Notes under the pieces: generated by a model
Databases searched by the model: none
What the model saw: the letters and a program-made list of their open reading frames with translations, nothing else
What the model was told of the DNA's origin: nothing
Source of the DNA: Trichodelitschia bisporula
Taxonomy: Eukaryota
Assembly (NCBI GenBank): GCA_010356995.1
Contig: ML996695.1
Span: forward strand, 319,061-383,060
Length of the DNA stretch: 64,000 nucleotides
Reading direction: 5' to 3'
In this document: positions 62,155-64,000 of the stretch, piece after piece
How the letters are laid out: every line of letters starts with the position of its first letter
Position numbering within the stretch: position 1 is the first letter of the stretch
Position numbers and translations under genes: made by a program

Positions 62155-64000
62155 ATGCCGAAATCTGTGCTCTCAGAGAAGCGCAAGCGGCTCTCTGGAT
62201 CCGGCTCTGGTCCGCTACCTAAGGTCGACAATGCCACCAGTGAACCTCCGGCGAAGAAAATGAAATCGCTGCTCGACGATAGCGCATCCGAAGACAGTGA
62301 TTCGGACAGCGGCGTAAAGCTGAACATAAACGAAGAATTTGCACGTCGCTTTGAACATAACAAGAAGCGGGCGGAGCGTCATAAATGTCAGTAGCCCATT
62401 CACGTATCGCCGTTCCCAGCTAACGGACTTATAGTGGAGGAAAAGTATGGCCCCGCAGGGAAGGACGACGATGAAAGTGAGACATCTTCCGAAGATGAGT
62501 CCGAAGACGACTATGCCGAGCTTGCGACTGGAGAGCTTGACGCCGTGATTGAGGACACTCTCAAGGCCATCCGCTCCAAAGACCCTCGAGTCTACGATGC
62601 AGATCACAAATTCTACCCTGACATTGAGCCCGAGGGCGAAACCAAGAAGGTCGAAAAGGAGAAGCCAATGTACTTGAAGGACTATCACATGAAGAACCTC
62701 CTGGAAGGCGGCGGCGAAGGAGAGGCTGCACCCCGCACATATGTGCAGGAGCAAGCGGATATCAAGCAGAGCATTGTGCAGGAGCTCAATGCTGCCGTTG
62801 ACGGGGACGACAGCGAGGAGGATAACTTCCTGGTGCGGAAGTCCAAGCCCGAGCCGCAGAGGGCGCTTCCGATCCCTGATCCGTCTCTTGCTGAACGGGA
62901 GCCCGAAACTTTCCTCTCCAACTTCATGGCCAGCCGAGCCTGGGTGCCGGGCTCATCCTCACGATTCCAAGCGCTCGAGTCCGACGACGAGGAGGAAGAG
63001 GCCCGTGCGGAAGCCTTTGAAATTGCATACAACCTGCGATTTGAAGACCCCAACCTCTCGAATCAAAAGCTCATGACCCACGCTCGTGATGCAGTGGCCA
63101 AAAACACCGTGCGCCGGGAAGAGAAGAGCTCTCGTAAGAAGGTGCGCGAGAGGGAGCAAGAGAAGAAGGAGGAGAGAAAACGGGAGAGGGAGCTAGAGAA
63201 GGCGCGACTCAAGAAATTGCGGATTGAAGAGATGGAGGAGAAAGTCAAGTTAATCAGAGAGGCTGCTGGAGCAATGGGAAAGGCTGTCAATCTCGAGGAG
63301 TGGGCAGACGTGCTCGAGCAGGATTTCGACAGTTCGCAATGGGACGAGGAGATGCAGAGGCGGTTTGGAAAGGATTACTACGACGGCGGCGAACAGGGGT
63401 CTGATTCGGAAGTGGAAGAGGCGGAAAAGAAGCACAAGAAGCCGAAGAAACCCCAGTGGGATGACGATATCGACATCAAGGATCTGGTCCCCGAATTCGC
63501 GGTGGAGGAGGCGGTCGTTCCACCGGTGCTGTCGGACGAGGATGCAGAGGAAGAAAAGGTTGCCCAGAACCACAAGAAAGCTCTGGCGGATGCTAAAAGC
63601 GCGGCCCGGCGCGATCGCCGCCTTATCGAGGCGCTAGTGGATCAGACGCTACCGCTTACTACTGCGGATGCAAGCTCTGCCTCGGTTGCTCCTTTCCGCT
63701 ACCGTGAGACATCGCCGACAACCTTCGGGCTTACAGCTGCGGACATCCTCGCCGCGGACGATGCGCAGCTCAACCAATTCGTGGGCCTCAAGAAGCTTGC
63801 CGCCTTTCGCGATCCTCAGCGCAAGTCCAAGGACAAAAAAAAGCTCGGGAAGAAAGCAAGGCTTCGTCAATGGCGAAAGGAAACATTCGGGAGGGAGGAC
63901 GGTCCGCCGCCAGAGGCAATCTTCGACCCCAACGCCCTGCAGGCTATCAATGAGTTTCCTTCTAAGAGGAAAGAGTCGAGCGCAACTGCGGGTGCACCGC
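62155..64000 (+). CDS. KRI1: Kri1 (40S biogenesis factor), runs off the window end
   Basis: Motifs LNINEEFARRFEHNKKRAE, KDPRVYD, KPMYLKDYH, YNLRFED and FRYRETSPTTFGLTAADILAADDAQLNQFVGLKKLAAFR. Intron is 62387-62434. Confidence 0.93.

Overview
This is eukaryotic DNA from a compact filamentous ascomycete. Short GT-AG introns with CTRAC/CTAAT branch points support this; a Dothideomycete-like placement is only an inference. About 24 intron-containing genes can be assembled by eye. Left block: Ark1/Prk1 kinase (5' end off-window), RPS7, EFG1, SEA4/Mio, two small hypothetical proteins, an H-type-lectin-like protein, a Zn alcohol dehydrogenase, an IRG/IIGP-like GTPase, a DUF1295 protein, STE11, a DUF7514-like protein, a six-exon Stc1-domain zinc-finger gene that the ORF track misses, a PLD-like enzyme, a cellulose-synthase-like GT2 and a 5'-damaged GFA gene. 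Right block: a secreted epoxide-hydrolase-type enzyme, enoyl-CoA hydratase, a PX-associated/DUF3818 protein, GtaA, a DUF7918-like protein, SIP3/LAM1 and KRI1 (runs off-window). The most unusual feature is a gene-free, visibly more AT-rich island of about 11.5 kb (~34.3-45.8 kb). It holds non-autonomous, largely palindromic DNA transposons with three target-site signatures (TA, 8 bp and 9 bp), one of them nested in another, and it is flanked by accessory-type genes. There is a 165-nt assembly gap at 21327-21491. No rRNA, tRNA or CRISPR array was recognised. All family calls come from motif recognition, not database searches.
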